Source: Candidatus Dojkabacteria bacterium
Lineage (GTDB): Bacteria > Patescibacteriota > Dojkabacteria > SC72
Assembly: GCA_012842045.1 (NCBI GenBank)
Contig: DUTP01000005.1
Span: 77,430-141,429 of the forward strand
DNA: 64,000 nt
Direction: 5' to 3'
Shown here piece after piece: positions 39,064 to 51,975 of the stretch. The notes beneath the pieces were generated by a model. That model had not been told where the DNA came from. It made no database searches and was given only the letters and a program-made list of their open reading frames with translations. The position numbers were made by a program, and so were the translations under genes. Within the stretch, counting starts at the first letter, position 1, and each line of letters starts with the position of its first letter.

Positions 39064-39626
39064 ATTCACAAGTTTTAACGATGGGAGATTTAAAAAAGAA
39101 AAAACAGAATATTGGTGTGCAACAAAATGATGAAAAGTATGAGGAGATGAAGAAACAGATAGAGGAGTTGGCTTTGTCAATTCATAAGGTAGAGGATGAG
39201 AAAATGGTAATACAGAATCAGTTGGTTAAAGCTTTGGCTGACTATCAGAACTTACAAGCAGATATGGAGAAGAGACAGAAGGTGAGGTTCTTTCAGATGA
39301 AAAAGAGTCTCTGTGAAGAATTCATGTCTGTATTAGATGCTATGAAACTATCTCTTGAAAGTGAGAAGACATTGAAATTAGATTCAAAAGAGAAGGCTTG
39401 GTTTGAAGGAGTTGAAAATATATTTGCAGAATTTGAAAAAGTCTTGGGTGGTATAGGTTTGGAAATATATCTTCCCAAAAAGGGAGATGTGTTTGACTCA
39501 ACTATACATGATGCATTGGCTACGGTTGAAGGTGGTAAGGCAGGAGAAATTATGGAAGTAATTCAACCAGGTTATAGATTAGATGGAACAGTAATTCGAG
39601 ATGCTAAAGTGTTAGTGTCAAAATAA
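39054..39626 (+). CDS. grpE: Nucleotide exchange factor GrpE
   Basis: Coiled-coil N-terminus and the GrpE beta-domain (QPGYRLDGTVIRDAKVLVSK). Confidence 0.8.
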   Translation: MEINSQVLTMGDLKKKKQNIGVQQNDEKYEEMKKQIEELALSIHKVEDEKMVIQNQLVKALADYQNLQADMEKRQKVRFFQMKKSLCEEFMSVLDAMKLSLESEKTLKLDSKEKAWFEGVENIFAEFEKVLGGIGLEIYLPKKGDVFDSTIHDALATVEGGKAGEIMEVIQPGYRLDGTVIRDAKVLVSK

Positions 39627-39658
39627 TTAATTAGATTTAAATTTTTAATAATAAATAT

Positions 39659-41569
39659 ATGTCAAAAATAATAGGAATAGACTTAGGTACAACTAACTCT
39701 GTGATGTCTTTCATAGAGGGTGGAAAACCAAACATTATTACTAACACACAAGGAAGTAGACTTACTCCTTCTGTTGTTGCAGAGGATGATAAAGGTGAGG
39801 TTTTAGTTGGTACTCCAGCTAAAAATCAAGCAGTTGTAAATCCTGAGGGTACAATTTACTCTGTAAAGAGATTGATTGGTAGAGACTGGAACGATCCTGA
39901 GGTTAAAAGGGATAAAGACCTTCTACCTTTTGATATGAGAAAGTCTTCAAGTGGAGGTGTTGAAGTTAAGATGGGAGATAAGTGGTATACACCACAAGAG
40001 ATTTCAGCAAAACTGCTTGCAAAGATGAAAAAGGATGCTGAAGAGTATCTGGGACAAGATATTACAGATGCAGTCATTACAGTTCCAGCATATTTTGATG
40101 ACTCTCAGAGACAGGCAACTAAGGATGCTGGTAAGATTGCAGGTTTGAATGTACAAAGAATTGTGAATGAGCCAACAGCAGCTGCTCTTGCATACGGTTT
40201 GGATGATAAGAAGGATCAGAAGGTTGCTGTATTTGACTTGGGTGGTGGTACTTTTGATATCTCAATTTTAGAGATGGGAGATGGTGTCTTTGAAGTGTTA
40301 GCTACAAATGGTGATACCCATCTTGGTGGAGATGACTTTGATCAGAAGATAATTGATTACCTAGCAGATGAGTTTGAGAAGAAAGAGGGAATGGATCTTA
40401 GAGAAGATAGAACTGCACTTCAGCGATTGAGAGAAGCTGCAGAGAAAGCTAAGATAGAGCTTTCAACTTCAGAAGAGACAGAGATTAATGTCCCTTACAT
40501 TACAGCTACAGATAAAGGACCAAAGCACTTGAAAGAAAAATTAACAAGAGCAGAGTTTGAGAAACTAACATCTGATTTGATAGAACAAACAGTTAAACCT
40601 TGTGAGAAAGCAATGAAAGATGCTGGGTTGGACAAGAAGGAGATTGATGAAGTATTGTTAGTTGGTGGAATGACTAGAATGCCAGCTGTTGTTAAAAAGG
40701 TTAAAGAGATATTTGGAAAAGAACCAAATAAGGGAGTTAACCCAGATGAGGTTGTTGCAGAAGGTGCTGCAATTCAGGGTGGTGTCTTAGGTGGAGATGT
40801 TAAAGATATTACTCTTTTGGATGTAACACCTTTGTCATTAGGTCTTGAGACTTTGGGTGGAGTGTTTACAAAGTTGATTGATAGGAATACTACAATTCCT
40901 GTTGAGAAGAAGCAGGTGTTTTCAACGGCTGCAGATAATCAGCCAGGTGTAGAGATACATGTATTACAGGGGGAAAGAGAGATGGCTTCTGATAACAAGA
41001 CATTAGGTAGATTCTTACTGGACGGTATTCTTCCAGCACCAAGAGGAGTTCCTCAAATTGAAGTTACATTCTCCATTGATGCTAATGGTATTTTGAATGT
41101 TACAGCAATAGACCTTGGAACTAAGAAGGAACAGAAGATTACGATTACTGCATCTACAGGTCTTAAGGATGAGGAGATTGAAAAGATGATTGAGGAAGCA
41201 GAGCAGCATGCAGAAGAAGACAAGAAGAAAAAGATGAGAGCAGAGAAGAGGAATGATGCAGATACTTTAGCATTTAGTGCAGAGAAACTAATTGACGAGA
41301 ACAAGGATAAGGTGTCAGAAGAAGAGCAGAAGAGTATAAAGGAGAAAGCAGAAGCTCTCAAAGAGATGATTAAGAAAGATGATTTTGATGTTGATAAGGT
41401 AGAGGAGAAGACAGAGGAACTTTCTAAAGAGATGCAGGAGATTGGTAAGAAGATATATGAGGCAGCTGCAAAGGAATCTGCAGGGAAAGAGGATGAAGAA
41501 AAGAAAGAAGACTCTAAAGAAGAGAAGAAAGATAAGGATGATGTAAAAGAGGGAGAGGTAGTAGAATAA
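39659..41569 (+). CDS. dnaK: Chaperone DnaK (Hsp70)
   Basis: [18 protein letters not shown], and the substrate-binding domain plus lid. Confidence 0.95.
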   Translation: MSKIIGIDLGTTNSVMSFIEGGKPNIITNTQGSRLTPSVVAEDDKGEVLVGTPAKNQAVVNPEGTIYSVKRLIGRDWNDPEVKRDKDLLPFDMRKSSSGGVEVKMGDKWYTPQEISAKLLAKMKKDAEEYLGQDITDAVITVPAYFDDSQRQATKDAGKIAGLNVQRIVNEPTAAALAYGLDDKKDQKVAVFDLGGGTFDISILEMGDGVFEVLATNGDTHLGGDDFDQKIIDYLADEFEKKEGMDLREDRTALQRLREAAEKAKIELSTSEETEINVPYITATDKGPKHLKEKLTRAEFEKLTSDLIEQTVKPCEKAMKDAGLDKKEIDEVLLVGGMTRMPAVVKKVKEIFGKEPNKGVNPDEVVAEGAAIQGGVLGGDVKDITLLDVTPLSLGLETLGGVFTKLIDRNTTIPVEKKQVFSTAADNQPGVEIHVLQGEREMASDNKTLGRFLLDGILPAPRGVPQIEVTFSIDANGILNVTAIDLGTKKEQKITITASTGLKDEEIEKMIEEAEQHAEEDKKKKMRAEKRNDADTLAFSAEKLIDENKDKVSEEEQKSIKEKAEALKEMIKKDDFDVDKVEEKTEELSKEMQEIGKKIYEAAAKESAGKEDEEKKEDSKEEKKDKDDVKEGEVVE

Positions 41570-41595
41570 TCTTTCGGCTTCTTTGATTTATCTTG

Positions 41596-41630
41596 AAAGG
41601 AGGGTGTTTTATCCCTCCTTTCTATTTTAT
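41596..41630. terminator. Bidirectional intrinsic terminator between dnaK and comF (AAAGGAGGG-8 nt-CCCTCCTTT, with T-runs on both sides)
   Basis: Seen directly. Confidence 0.6.
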
Positions 41631-42326
41631 ATAGTATGGTCTTCCCCTAAACAAACAAATAGCTCTAACTTTAACATCTTTATTTACCTCCCTAATACAC
41701 TTACAAATATCTTCTAATGTCTTTCCTGTGGTAATAACATCATCTACTATTATAATCTCACTAAGAGTACCTAAAAGTTTCGTATCTTGTACTTCAAAAT
41801 TAGTACTATGTAATATTCTTTCCTCTTTATCTAACAGAGATTGATGTGTACTATCACTATCAACTCTCTTCAACAGAGTGTTGTTGTACTCAATCCCTGT
41901 ATATTCAGAAACAGCTTTTGCAAAAACATCTGCTTGATTAAAACCTCTATCTCTCAATCTCGTAAGTGAGATAGGGGTAGGGACAACAAGACTTTTCTCT
42001 TCTTCCTGAATTCCTCTTACTCCACTTAACCCCTCTTTAACAAACTCTTCAAAAGTACTCTCTAAATCATATACCAAACCATACTTATACTTCTTTAATA
42101 TTTTTGAAGTAATCTCCTCATATTTCCAAAGAACTACTACTGAATCTAAACTGTTTTCTCTTTTACATAAATCATGTGTTTGATAATTAGTGGATAGTTT
42201 TCTACAGATGTAACACTCTGGTAGGTTTCTCTTAAATAACTTTTTACACTTAGAACATAGGTACTCACCATGTTTAGAACATACAGTACAAGTTTTAGGG
42301 AAGAATATATCTAAAATATTTACCAT
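41622..42326 (-). CDS. comF: ComF-family phosphoribosyltransferase with an N-terminal double zinc ribbon
   Basis: Cys-rich N-terminus; PRTase loop [12 protein letters not shown]. Confidence 0.75.
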   Translation of the reverse strand: MVNILDIFFPKTCTVCSKHGEYLCSKCKKLFKRNLPECYICRKLSTNYQTHDLCKRENSLDSVVVLWKYEEITSKILKKYKYGLVYDLESTFEEFVKEGLSGVRGIQEEEKSLVVPTPISLTRLRDRGFNQADVFAKAVSEYTGIEYNNTLLKRVDSDSTHQSLLDKEERILHSTNFEVQDTKLLGTLSEIIIVDDVITTGKTLEDICKCIREVNKDVKVRAICLFRGRPYYIK

Positions 42327-42392
42327 GATAAATTATCTCAAGTAGTTATTAAACTTGGATTAACTCAATTATGAATTGCTAAAAATGGACTA

Positions 42393-44219
42393 ATGCCTTA
42401 TCATATTACCCATATAATTAATAAGTGTTGCACAATGTCGAATAATTCAAAGCAGAAGAACAGTGTCTACATGATGATGGCATTGCTTCTAATCACTAAA
42501 GTATTAGGTTTTCTAAAGCTAAGAATTATTGCCCAGCTCTTTGGAGCTACGCATGAATTAGATATCTTTTGGGCAGCATTCACAATACCAGATACTCTCT
42601 TTATGATAATTGTTGCAGGTTCTCTCAATGCTGCTATCATTCCTCTATTAGCATCAGTATTACATAAAGAAGGAGAGAAGAAGCTGAATGAGTTTTTTAC
42701 CAACCTAATGATTGTCATCAGTTCAATTATTGTTTTCATAGCAGTTCTTCTCTTTATCTTTGCACCTCAACTAACAAGTTTCCTGATTAGATCAGATGTA
42801 TCACAGAGTATTCTTAATTTCTCAAGTAGGATAACACAGGAAGACTTTAAGTTGTTTGTAGATTTGACTAGAATTATGATGATATCTCCTGTACTACTAG
42901 GTATTAGTACAATAGTTACAGGGTACCTTCAAACTAGAAGAGAGTTTTTCATTACATCTCTTGCACCTCTAATGTACAACCTAGCAATGGTTGTAGGACC
43001 AATTATTTTTGTAGTTGGTTTTAAAATGGGTGTGAAGGGAGTTGCAATCTGTGCAGTGCTAGGTTCGTTCCTTCATTTTGCAGTACAAATCCCTACACTT
43101 AGAAAATATTTCAAAGAAAAGGTTAAACTAACTAAGAAAAGCATTGTAAGTGCTGTGAAAGATTCTGCAATCTGGAAAGGTTTAAAGCTAGCTGTGCCAA
43201 AGATGATTTCAACCATAGGGGAACAGATAAATATTGTTGTTAATACATTGATAAGTTTTTCCTTAGCAGCAGGAGCTCTTAGTTCTTACAAGTTTGCACT
43301 TAGTCTCTATCTCTTTCCTGTTAATATAGTAGGAGGCGCTTTTGCACAGTCTGTCTTACCAGAACTGTCTTCTAAAGCAGATAAACAGAAGGAATTTAAA
43401 GATGTTTTTAACAAAACAATCCAATTAGCTCTCTTTTTAGTACTTCCAATAGTTAGTATTCTACTTGTTCTTAGATTGCCAATTGTTAGATTAACTTTTG
43501 GTGTTGGAGAATTTGACTGGAGAGCAACAGTTCTTACATCTTGGTGCTTGGTATTTCTTTCTCTTGCAATATTAAGTCAAACACTCTCACAGATACTTTT
43601 AAGAGCTTTTTATGCACTTAAAGAAACATGGAAACCTCTTCTAGCAGTGGGTGTAGGGATAGTGGTTAATATTGTTTTTGCATTCCTACTAACAAACTTC
43701 TTTAGTCATTACTACGACTGGAGACCGATACTCCAGCAGGTATTAGAACAGATTGCAACTGCGAATGGTAGTGGGGTGGTAGAGGTAATAAAATCATTTT
43801 TTGCAGATATATTTACATGGTGTACTACTCGAGGAACTTCTGATATGGCAGTGGGTGGCTTATCTATGAGTTTGAGTTTAGCTTCTTTTGTCGAATTAAT
43901 CTTGCTTTTCTGTTTACTAAACAAAGAGGTAAAAATCATTACCTACAAGGATACAGTGAAGCCTATGCTTAAGAAGGTTTTGAATGGTATCTTAATGGCG
44001 GTAGGTATGTATCTAGTATTCAAGCTTTTTGATTTCAAATTAGATACTACAAGAACAATTTCAATCATTATTCTTACAATAGTGACTTCTCTCTATGGTC
44101 TGCTTTCTTACTGGCTTGGTTCTAAAGTCTTCGAAATTAAAGAGGTTGGTCGTTTTGAAGAAAAAGTAAAAAGTGTTTGGGAAAAATTGAAGAAGAAAGT
44201 TAAGGTATGGGTAAAGTAA
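42393..44219 (+). CDS. murJ: Lipid II flippase MurJ/MviN
   Basis: 14-TM MOP-superfamily pattern (LGFLKLRIIAQLFGAT...). The true start may be the internal Met at about 42435. Confidence 0.8.
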   Translation: MPYHITHIINKCCTMSNNSKQKNSVYMMMALLLITKVLGFLKLRIIAQLFGATHELDIFWAAFTIPDTLFMIIVAGSLNAAIIPLLASVLHKEGEKKLNEFFTNLMIVISSIIVFIAVLLFIFAPQLTSFLIRSDVSQSILNFSSRITQEDFKLFVDLTRIMMISPVLLGISTIVTGYLQTRREFFITSLAPLMYNLAMVVGPIIFVVGFKMGVKGVAICAVLGSFLHFAVQIPTLRKYFKEKVKLTKKSIVSAVKDSAIWKGLKLAVPKMISTIGEQINIVVNTLISFSLAAGALSSYKFALSLYLFPVNIVGGAFAQSVLPELSSKADKQKEFKDVFNKTIQLALFLVLPIVSILLVLRLPIVRLTFGVGEFDWRATVLTSWCLVFLSLAILSQTLSQILLRAFYALKETWKPLLAVGVGIVVNIVFAFLLTNFFSHYYDWRPILQQVLEQIATANGSGVVEVIKSFFADIFTWCTTRGTSDMAVGGLSMSLSLASFVELILLFCLLNKEVKIITYKDTVKPMLKKVLNGILMAVGMYLVFKLFDFKLDTTRTISIIILTIVTSLYGLLSYWLGSKVFEIKEVGRFEEKVKSVWEKLKKKVKVWVK

Positions 44220-44803
44220 TTAAGTATATATTATTATCACTTTTAGGTTTGTTTCTACTTTTTCTTGGTTATATCGTTTCTCAATATATTTCTTGGGAGA
44301 AGGAGTTTGTGAATAATAGGGGGGAAGGGATTGTTTGTACAAAAGACGAGGAGAAGGTAGAGATGGATTTTAAGGAGAGAATTGAGAATTTCATACTTTC
44401 GGATAGTTATGCGGAATTTTTAACTTTTTCAAAAAGAGAAGCTTTGTATTTGATAGAAGAGTCTATACCAGAGACTGAAGAGTTGAAGATTGAGGAGATG
44501 TGTTTGGAGACGGACAGTGGGAAATGGAAGATATATATACAGAGTAGATTTAAATCTTTTAAACTTCCTTGGATAGCTATTGATGTTGTGAAAGATAAAA
44601 GAGAAACTGCAGAGTTGTATACACCGAGTATGTATATTGGTAATCTGAAAGTACCAGAGAAATTCTCAAAAGGTTTGTTACAGAAGATAAGTAAGGGAGT
44701 TAGTGATGCTTTAATAGTAGTTACAGAGAACAATTTTTTAGGGAAGGAGATTAAGAATATAGATATTCTTAAGGATTCTGTTGTGTTTAAGGGTGGGTTG
44801 TAG
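44207..44803 (+). CDS. Hypothetical membrane-anchored protein (198 aa)
   Basis: N-terminal TM. 13-nt overlap with murJ. Confidence 0.4.
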   Translation: MGKVIKYILLSLLGLFLLFLGYIVSQYISWEKEFVNNRGEGIVCTKDEEKVEMDFKERIENFILSDSYAEFLTFSKREALYLIEESIPETEELKIEEMCLETDSGKWKIYIQSRFKSFKLPWIAIDVVKDKRETAELYTPSMYIGNLKVPEKFSKGLLQKISKGVSDALIVVTENNFLGKEIKNIDILKDSVVFKGGL

Positions 44804-44905
44804 TGTTTTTAAATGTAATATCTTTTTGTTGTATCGTGTGTCATCCTATAGTATAATCAAGGTGTTGAGTGATAGCTCCTTGATAAAAAAAGAAAGGAGG
44901 AGAAG

Positions 44906-45265
44906 GTGAATAAAAGTTTTCTCTTTCTGGCTAAAGAAAATTTTGAGGCAGCACTGCCTCCAGAATTTTCTATTGTATCTAAGGATGAAATCATGAGGGT
45001 GTTTCATCCTATATTGGATACTTGGCTCCCACCAGAAGATCTTGTAGACAAGATTATGTCAGGTTTTCTTGTCTTAAACATCTCTGGACGGAGATACTTT
45101 ATCAGGTTCTTAGAGTGTCTCATTGACACTTTGGAGTTCGAAAATAATGATAAAGAAAAAACTCCCGAACCGGTAAGAAGGTTTCGGAGGTTGTTAACTT
45201 ACAGAAAAGAAATTTTCTGTAAGTCTGATCCAAAGCTATCACTTAGCAAACATAGACACCGTTAA
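44906..45265 (+). CDS. Hypothetical protein (119 aa), GTG start preceded by a strong AGGAGG Shine-Dalgarno sequence
   Basis: aaGAAAGGAGGAGAAGgtg. A canonical SD is otherwise rare in this window. Confidence 0.4.
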   Translation: MNKSFLFLAKENFEAALPPEFSIVSKDEIMRVFHPILDTWLPPEDLVDKIMSGFLVLNISGRRYFIRFLECLIDTLEFENNDKEKTPEPVRRFRRLLTYRKEIFCKSDPKLSLSKHRHR

Positions 45266-45396
45266 AGGTAAGACAATATCTGTTTGTTTTTATAAATACA
45301 AACGTTAGTCAAACCTAGGTGTCTTTTTGCTTTATAACACCTATATATACTCAAACCATGTGCTTTACATCTTAATATGTTACAATTAATTCCAAG

Positions 45397-46878
45397 ATGA
45401 AACTTGGTTTTGACAATGACAAATATATAAAGATACAAAGTCAAAATATTCTCAAAAGAACTAAACTTTTCGATAAACTCTATCTTGAGATAGGTGGAAA
45501 GTTATTTGATGATACTCATGCTTCAAGAGTGTTGCCTGGGTTTCAAGCAGATGTAAAAGTGAAAATGTTCCAGAAATTAAAGGAAGATATCGAAGTGGTA
45601 TTTTGTATAAGTGCTAATGATATAGAGAGGAATAAGGTTAGAGCAGAGTATGGAATAACATATGATACAGAAGTGATTAGGTTGATAGGGAACTTACAAA
45701 AGATGGGGTTCTCCATTAATTCTGTTGTAATAACTTTGTATAAAAATCAACCAACAGTTGATACTTTTATTGCTAAGCTTAAACGATATAAGATTAAGAC
45801 ATATATTCATAGGTATACAAAAGGATATCCTACAGATATAGATACAATTGTTAGTGAAGAGGGGTATGGAGCTAATCCGTATATTGAAACTAAGAAAAAG
45901 ATAATACTGGTTACTGCTCCGGGACCAGCTTCTGGTAAATTAGCAACTTGTCTCTCTCAGCTCTATCATGAACATCAAAGAGGAGTGAATGCAGGATATG
46001 CAAAGTTTGAAACTATGCCAGTATGGAATCTCCCATTGAAACATCCTTTAAATATGGCTTATGAAGCAGCCACTGCAGATCTTGGAGATGTTAGTATGTT
46101 AGACTATTTCCACTTAGAGGAATATGGTGAAAAGGCAGTTAGTTATAATAGGGACTTAGAGGTTTTTCCTGTTCTTAAGACAATATTAAACAGGATTGTA
46201 GGAAAAGATGTATACAAATCTCCAACCGATATGGGTGTGAATATGATAGGGGAGTGTATCAAGGATGATAAGGTTGTGCAGGAGGCATCGAAGAAGGAAA
46301 TTGTTAGGAGGTATTACAATGAGATGTGTAACTACAAATTAGGTATAGCTGAGTATGAAGTTCCTGAAAGGGTGAAGAAATTGATGAATGAGTTAAAGAT
46401 AGATGAGTACTATCTTGATGTTGTTAGACCTGCTTTAAAGAAGGCCAGGCGAATAGATAAACACGTTATTTCTCTTAAATTACCAAGTGGGAATATAATT
46501 ACAGGAAGAGAAACAGATCTGTTGAGTCCGGCTAGTAGCTTAATTTTAAATGCTATTAAAGAATTGTCTAATATCCCTGATAATATAAATCTGTTATCAC
46601 CTACTGTACTTAAACCGATGTTAGAACTTATTCCTAGAACAGAAGAGAGAGATGAAACATTAGGTTTAGAAGAAGTTCTAATAGCCTTAAGTATCTCTTC
46701 TGTGACTAATCCTTCTGTGGAGGAGGCTTTAAGTAGTATGAAAAAATTAGCTGGAAGTGATGCACATGCTACATATATAGTAAGTAATGGTGATCTTAAA
46801 ATGTTGAAAAGATTAAAGATTAATCTTACTTGTCAGCCAGTGTTCTATTCTAACAAAATTTATACACTGTCAAAGTGA
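45397..46878 (+). CDS. DUF1846/UPF0371 family protein
   Basis: N-terminus MKLGFDNDKYIKIQSQNILKR...GGKLFDDTHASRVLPGF resembles UPF0371 proteins as I recall them; ~490 aa is the usual size. Confidence 0.55.
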   Translation: MKLGFDNDKYIKIQSQNILKRTKLFDKLYLEIGGKLFDDTHASRVLPGFQADVKVKMFQKLKEDIEVVFCISANDIERNKVRAEYGITYDTEVIRLIGNLQKMGFSINSVVITLYKNQPTVDTFIAKLKRYKIKTYIHRYTKGYPTDIDTIVSEEGYGANPYIETKKKIILVTAPGPASGKLATCLSQLYHEHQRGVNAGYAKFETMPVWNLPLKHPLNMAYEAATADLGDVSMLDYFHLEEYGEKAVSYNRDLEVFPVLKTILNRIVGKDVYKSPTDMGVNMIGECIKDDKVVQEASKKEIVRRYYNEMCNYKLGIAEYEVPERVKKLMNELKIDEYYLDVVRPALKKARRIDKHVISLKLPSGNIITGRETDLLSPASSLILNAIKELSNIPDNINLLSPTVLKPMLELIPRTEERDETLGLEEVLIALSISSVTNPSVEEALSSMKKLAGSDAHATYIVSNGDLKMLKRLKINLTCQPVFYSNKIYTLSK

Positions 46879-46977
46879 GGTAAAAATATTCTTTCCCATC
46901 TCTGGTTTAAAAAGGCAGTATTACTAGGTGAAAAGTGCTAAAATGATGATATCTATAAATTAAGTTGTAGCACTATC

Positions 46978-47535
46978 ATGAAAAAGATTATTTATGTTAC
47001 GGGTAATGAATTTAAGGTGTTAACTGCCTCGAAAATATTAAACCCCCTGGGGTATCAGGTGGAAGCTAAAAAGATAGACTGCCCAGAGATTCAAGCAGAC
47101 ACGATTGAGGAGGTTGCTGAGTATTCTTCTAAATATGCAAGTGATTTTTTGCAGGAGTCTACATTAAAAAATGATTCTGGACTGATAATCCCCGCTCTCA
47201 AAGGCTTCCCAGGGGTTTACTCTAAATATGTAGAAAGTACAGTAGGAGAAGAGGGAATATTGAAACTTATGTTGGATGTTGAAGATAGAGAAGCTTATTT
47301 CCTTGAAGTTTTGGCGTATACGGAGAAAGGAAAAGACCCTGTTACTTTCTTGTCTAAGACAGAAGGGAGCATATCCACTGAATTATCAGGAGATTTTGGT
47401 TGGGGGTATGACAAGATTTTTATTCCAAAAGGAGAGAAGCAAACATTGGCAAACTTTGAAGATGATGTTAGATGGAAGTTCTGGAATGAGAATGCATATA
47501 AAGACTTGGCAGAGTACTTATCGGGCAGTATTTGA
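46978..47535 (+). CDS. rdgB: Non-canonical purine NTP pyrophosphatase (Ham1/RdgB ITPase family)
   Basis: IYVTGNEFKV...GFPGVYSKY motifs. Confidence 0.75.
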   Translation: MKKIIYVTGNEFKVLTASKILNPLGYQVEAKKIDCPEIQADTIEEVAEYSSKYASDFLQESTLKNDSGLIIPALKGFPGVYSKYVESTVGEEGILKLMLDVEDREAYFLEVLAYTEKGKDPVTFLSKTEGSISTELSGDFGWGYDKIFIPKGEKQTLANFEDDVRWKFWNENAYKDLAEYLSGSI

Positions 47536-47574
47536 TTCTGGCTAGTAATGTTGTTTTTAATCTTGCATAAAAGC

Positions 47575-47603
47575 TTGCACATTTGAAATTGGTATGATAT
47601 ACT
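47575..47603 (+). promoter_or_regulatory. Candidate rRNA operon promoter TTGCAC-N17-TATACT
   Basis: About 280 nt upstream of the 16S 5' end. Confidence 0.4.
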
Positions 47604-47883
47604 CCTTAGCACGAGTTTGGGAGATGTGTTAAAATGTATATGGAGAAACAGGAATCCTCTTAGAGAACTTCTCTAACGAATCCCCTGAGAAGAAATTGCT
47701 TAGTGTAATGCTATGAAGTGTTGTTAGCACCTTAAAAGTTGAAGAGTGACAGGAAGTCTAAATAAAATTTGACTTTCTGTGTGATGAGTCACACAATTCA
47801 TTTAGTCAGATGTTTTTTGATCAATCCGGCAGTGATACTGGTCGGTCACACTTAGGTGTGTTAAGTTAAGTATCTTTTCAATG

Positions 47884-49430
<1,547 letters not shown>

Positions 49431-49511
49431 AAGGAGTAACCAGATCTTCCTGTCACTTTTTAGCTTTTAAGGCTAAGTTCTTTAATTAAATAGATACTAT
49501 GTACCGAAGAG

Positions 49512-49588
49512 GGGCGCATAGCTCAGCTGGCTAGAGCGCAGTCCTGATAAGACTGAGGTCCCAAGTTCGATTCTTGGTGCGCCCACCA
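49512..49588 (+). tRNA. tRNA-Ile (anticodon GAT), CCA encoded
   Basis: Cloverleaf GGGCGCA acceptor stem, anticodon loop cctGATaag. Sits in the 16S-23S spacer. Confidence 0.85.
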
Positions 49589-49599
49589 GAATGAATGCT

Positions 49600-49673
49600 G
49601 GGCCTGTAGTTCAGTTGGCTAGAACGCTTCATTTGCAATGAAGAGGTCAGGAGTTCGACTCTCCTCAGGTCCA
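49600..49673 (+). tRNA. tRNA-Ala (anticodon TGC), CCA not encoded
   Basis: GGGCCTG acceptor stem with a G3:U70 Ala identity pair; anticodon loop ttTGCaa. Confidence 0.85.
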
Positions 49674-50422
49674 TATTGTTATCAGAAAAAGAAGAGAAAT
49701 CTTTAATTTCTGGGTCAGGATATCTGTATATATTTTTACTGTTGAGGTAGGTCGTAATGTTTTACAGTGAAGATTACAGAATCCGTAGTTGCACATTTAA
49801 AACTGAATAGAAAGTAATTTCAATTAAGCAAATTAAGGGCGTATGGTGAATGCCTTGGCACAAAAGATCGATGAAGGACGTAGTAGATTGCGATAAGCTT
49901 CGGGTAGCTGTCAAACGAGCTTTGATCCGAAGATCTCCGAATGGAGTAATCCAACTGGGATTATGCCCAGTTATCATGCAGTGAATTCATAGCTGTATAG
50001 AAGAGCACGCAGGGAAGTGAAACCTCTCAGTACCTGCAGGAAAAGAGAACAAGAGTTTATTCCCCTAGTAGTGGCGAGCGAAAAGGGAAGAGCCTAAACC
50101 TATACTGTGTAAGAGGAATACGAAGCCTGATTCGCGTTGCGATGATGGCGGACTTGAACTCGCAGGTTGCTACTCGTGCAGTATGGGTGTTGTAAGAGTT
50201 AATGGAAGTGGTAGCAAACACTTCGAGGAGTTACAAAATTCCATTTTAGTAGAATATATCTGGAAAGATATGCCATAGAGAGTGATAGCCTCGTATACGA
50301 AAATGTGGAATCTCCTTTTTAATTTCTTAAGTACCACGGAACACGTGAGATTTTGTGGGAATCAGCCGATACCACTCGGCAAGGCTAAATATCTTTTGTG
50401 ACCGATAGCGAATTAGTATAGA

Positions 50423-50466
<44 letters not shown>

Positions 50467-51975
50467 ACTGAAACCATATGCTTACAAACAGTCGTAGCTG
50501 GTATATCCAGTGGCGGCGTGCCTATTGAAGAATGACCCAGTGAGTTCGTTGTGTGTGGCAAGGTTAACCATGTTTATTGGGGAGCCGAAGCGAAAGCGAG
50601 TCCGAATAGGGCACCTTGAGTCACATGCACGAGACCCGAAACCAGGTGATCCAGCCATGAGCAGAGTGAAGTTCTGAGAAATCAGGATGGAGGCTCGAAC
50701 TCGTTAATGTTACAAAATTATGAGATGACTTGTGGCTAGCGGTAACATGCCAAACGAACCTGGTAATAGCTGGTTCTCCCCGAAATAGCTTTAGGGCTAG
50801 CGTTGTGATTTAAGATGTGGGGGTAGAGCACTGATTGAATTTGGGGCCCGAAAGGGTACCCACTTCAGTCAAACTCCGAATACCATATTGAACATCACAG
50901 CAGTTAGAGCTAGGGATCTAAGTTCCTATGCTCAAGAGGGAAACAGCCCAGATCGTCAGATAAGGACCCTAAATTTTACCTTAGTGGGAAAGGAAGTGAA
51001 ATTTCTCAGACAGTTAGGAGGTTGGCTTAGAGGCAGCCATCCTTTAAAAAATGCGTAAAAGCTTACTAATCAAGAGATTTTGCACTTAAAATTAACGGGG
51101 CTGAAGGTAAATTCCGAAGCTGCGAATTTATACATACTTCGGTATGTATGGGTGGTAGGGGAGCGTTCTATACATGACCGACTTAGCAGTCGGTAATTAG
51201 CTGCGAAGGTGGCCCGTAAGGAGTTGCTGGAGCGTATAGAAGTGAGAATGCTGGGATGAGTAACGTAAAGCAGGTGAAAACCCTGCTCGCTGAATGTCTA
51301 AGGTTTCCATGGCTATGTCAGTCAACCATGGGTTAGTCGGTCCTAAGGAGAGGCTGAAAAGCGTATCCGATGGATAACAGGTTAATATTCCTGTACTACT
51401 GATATTTGAAATGGAGTATGAGGATTGAAGATGCAGGCCCCTTATTGGTTTGGGGTGTAAGCAACAAGAGAGCTCTTCTAGGAAAATCCGGAAGAGTGTT
51501 TCCACCTCGGTGGATGAACGCGAGTTGTGATACAAAGGTGACCTTCGGGAAGCCGATTTGTAGTACTTAATTCTCCAGGAAAAACTTCTATCTTTAACTA
51601 CTTCGGTAGTTAATAAAGTATTAGTAACCGTACTGCAATCCGACACCGGTAGACTGGTGTAAAAGCACCAAGGCGTACGAGTTATGCGTTGTTAAGGAAT
51701 TCGGCAAATTGACCCCGTAAGTTCGCAAGAAGGGGGACTCTACATCATAAGTTTTTTATTTGTGGTGATTAGAGTGGCACAGAATAGGGAAGAACGACTA
51801 GTTACCAAAACTACAGGCGCTTGCAAACTCGCAAGAGGATGTATAAGTGCTGACACCTGCCCAATGCCAGAAGGTTAAGATAATTTGTTAGCTCTCTGCT
51901 GGGTGCACTTCGGTGCCCTAGTGGTTGCGAAGCAAAGAGTCGAAGCCCTGGTCAATGGCGGCTGTAACTATTAGA

